From contig JADIIX010000034.1 in assembly GCA_027604505.1 (NCBI GenBank), positions 1 to 64,000 on the forward strand: a DNA stretch of 64,000 bases. The letters run 5' to 3'. Below the pieces are notes generated by a model. It was not told the DNA's origin. It searched no databases and saw only the letters and a list, made by a program, of their open reading frames with translations. The stretch comes from Gonapodya sp. JEL0774. Lineage: Eukaryota. Made by a program: the position numbers and the translations under genes. This document shows, piece by piece, positions 63,939-64,000 of the stretch (positions within the stretch are counted from its first letter, which is position 1; every line of letters begins with the position of its first letter).

Positions 63939-64000
63939 ACTTTTCGAATTCTTTCGCTTGACATTGAAAGCACCTTTTATATCGATGGACCCTTTGTTCG

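Overview
Eukaryotic, intron-rich, gene-dense genomic DNA (about 23 protein-coding genes; introns mostly 55-200 nt; many intergenic gaps only 40-500 nt). No prokaryotic features, RNA genes, transposons or CRISPR arrays were found. The gene set points to an early-diverging, flagellated (zoosporic) fungus: fungal-type MTC6, Spo7 and a PL3 pectate lyase occur with genes lost from Dikarya (P2X channel, ciliary jouberin/AHI1, cobalamin chaperone CblC). A Monoblepharidomycete/chytrid such as Gonapodya would fit, but that is inference. Gene models were assembled by hand from the ORF track plus splice signals, so boundaries are approximate and family calls rest on remembered motifs, not database searches. 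Most notable: (1) a P2X homologue with an atypical TM2 and ligand-site residue; (2) a head-to-head pair of secreted CHRD-domain proteins, one keeping and one lacking the conserved His residues; (3) a CblC gene whose conserved motif is restored only by a GG-AG intron; (4) an LRAT/NlpC-P60-type protein with a zinc-ribbon insertion; (5) an acyl-CoA dehydrogenase with a possible splice-dependent PTS1; (6) a very large disordered protein with SQ/TQ, RG and GY repeats. I cannot claim a clearly new multi-gene system; the CHRD pair is the best candidate.
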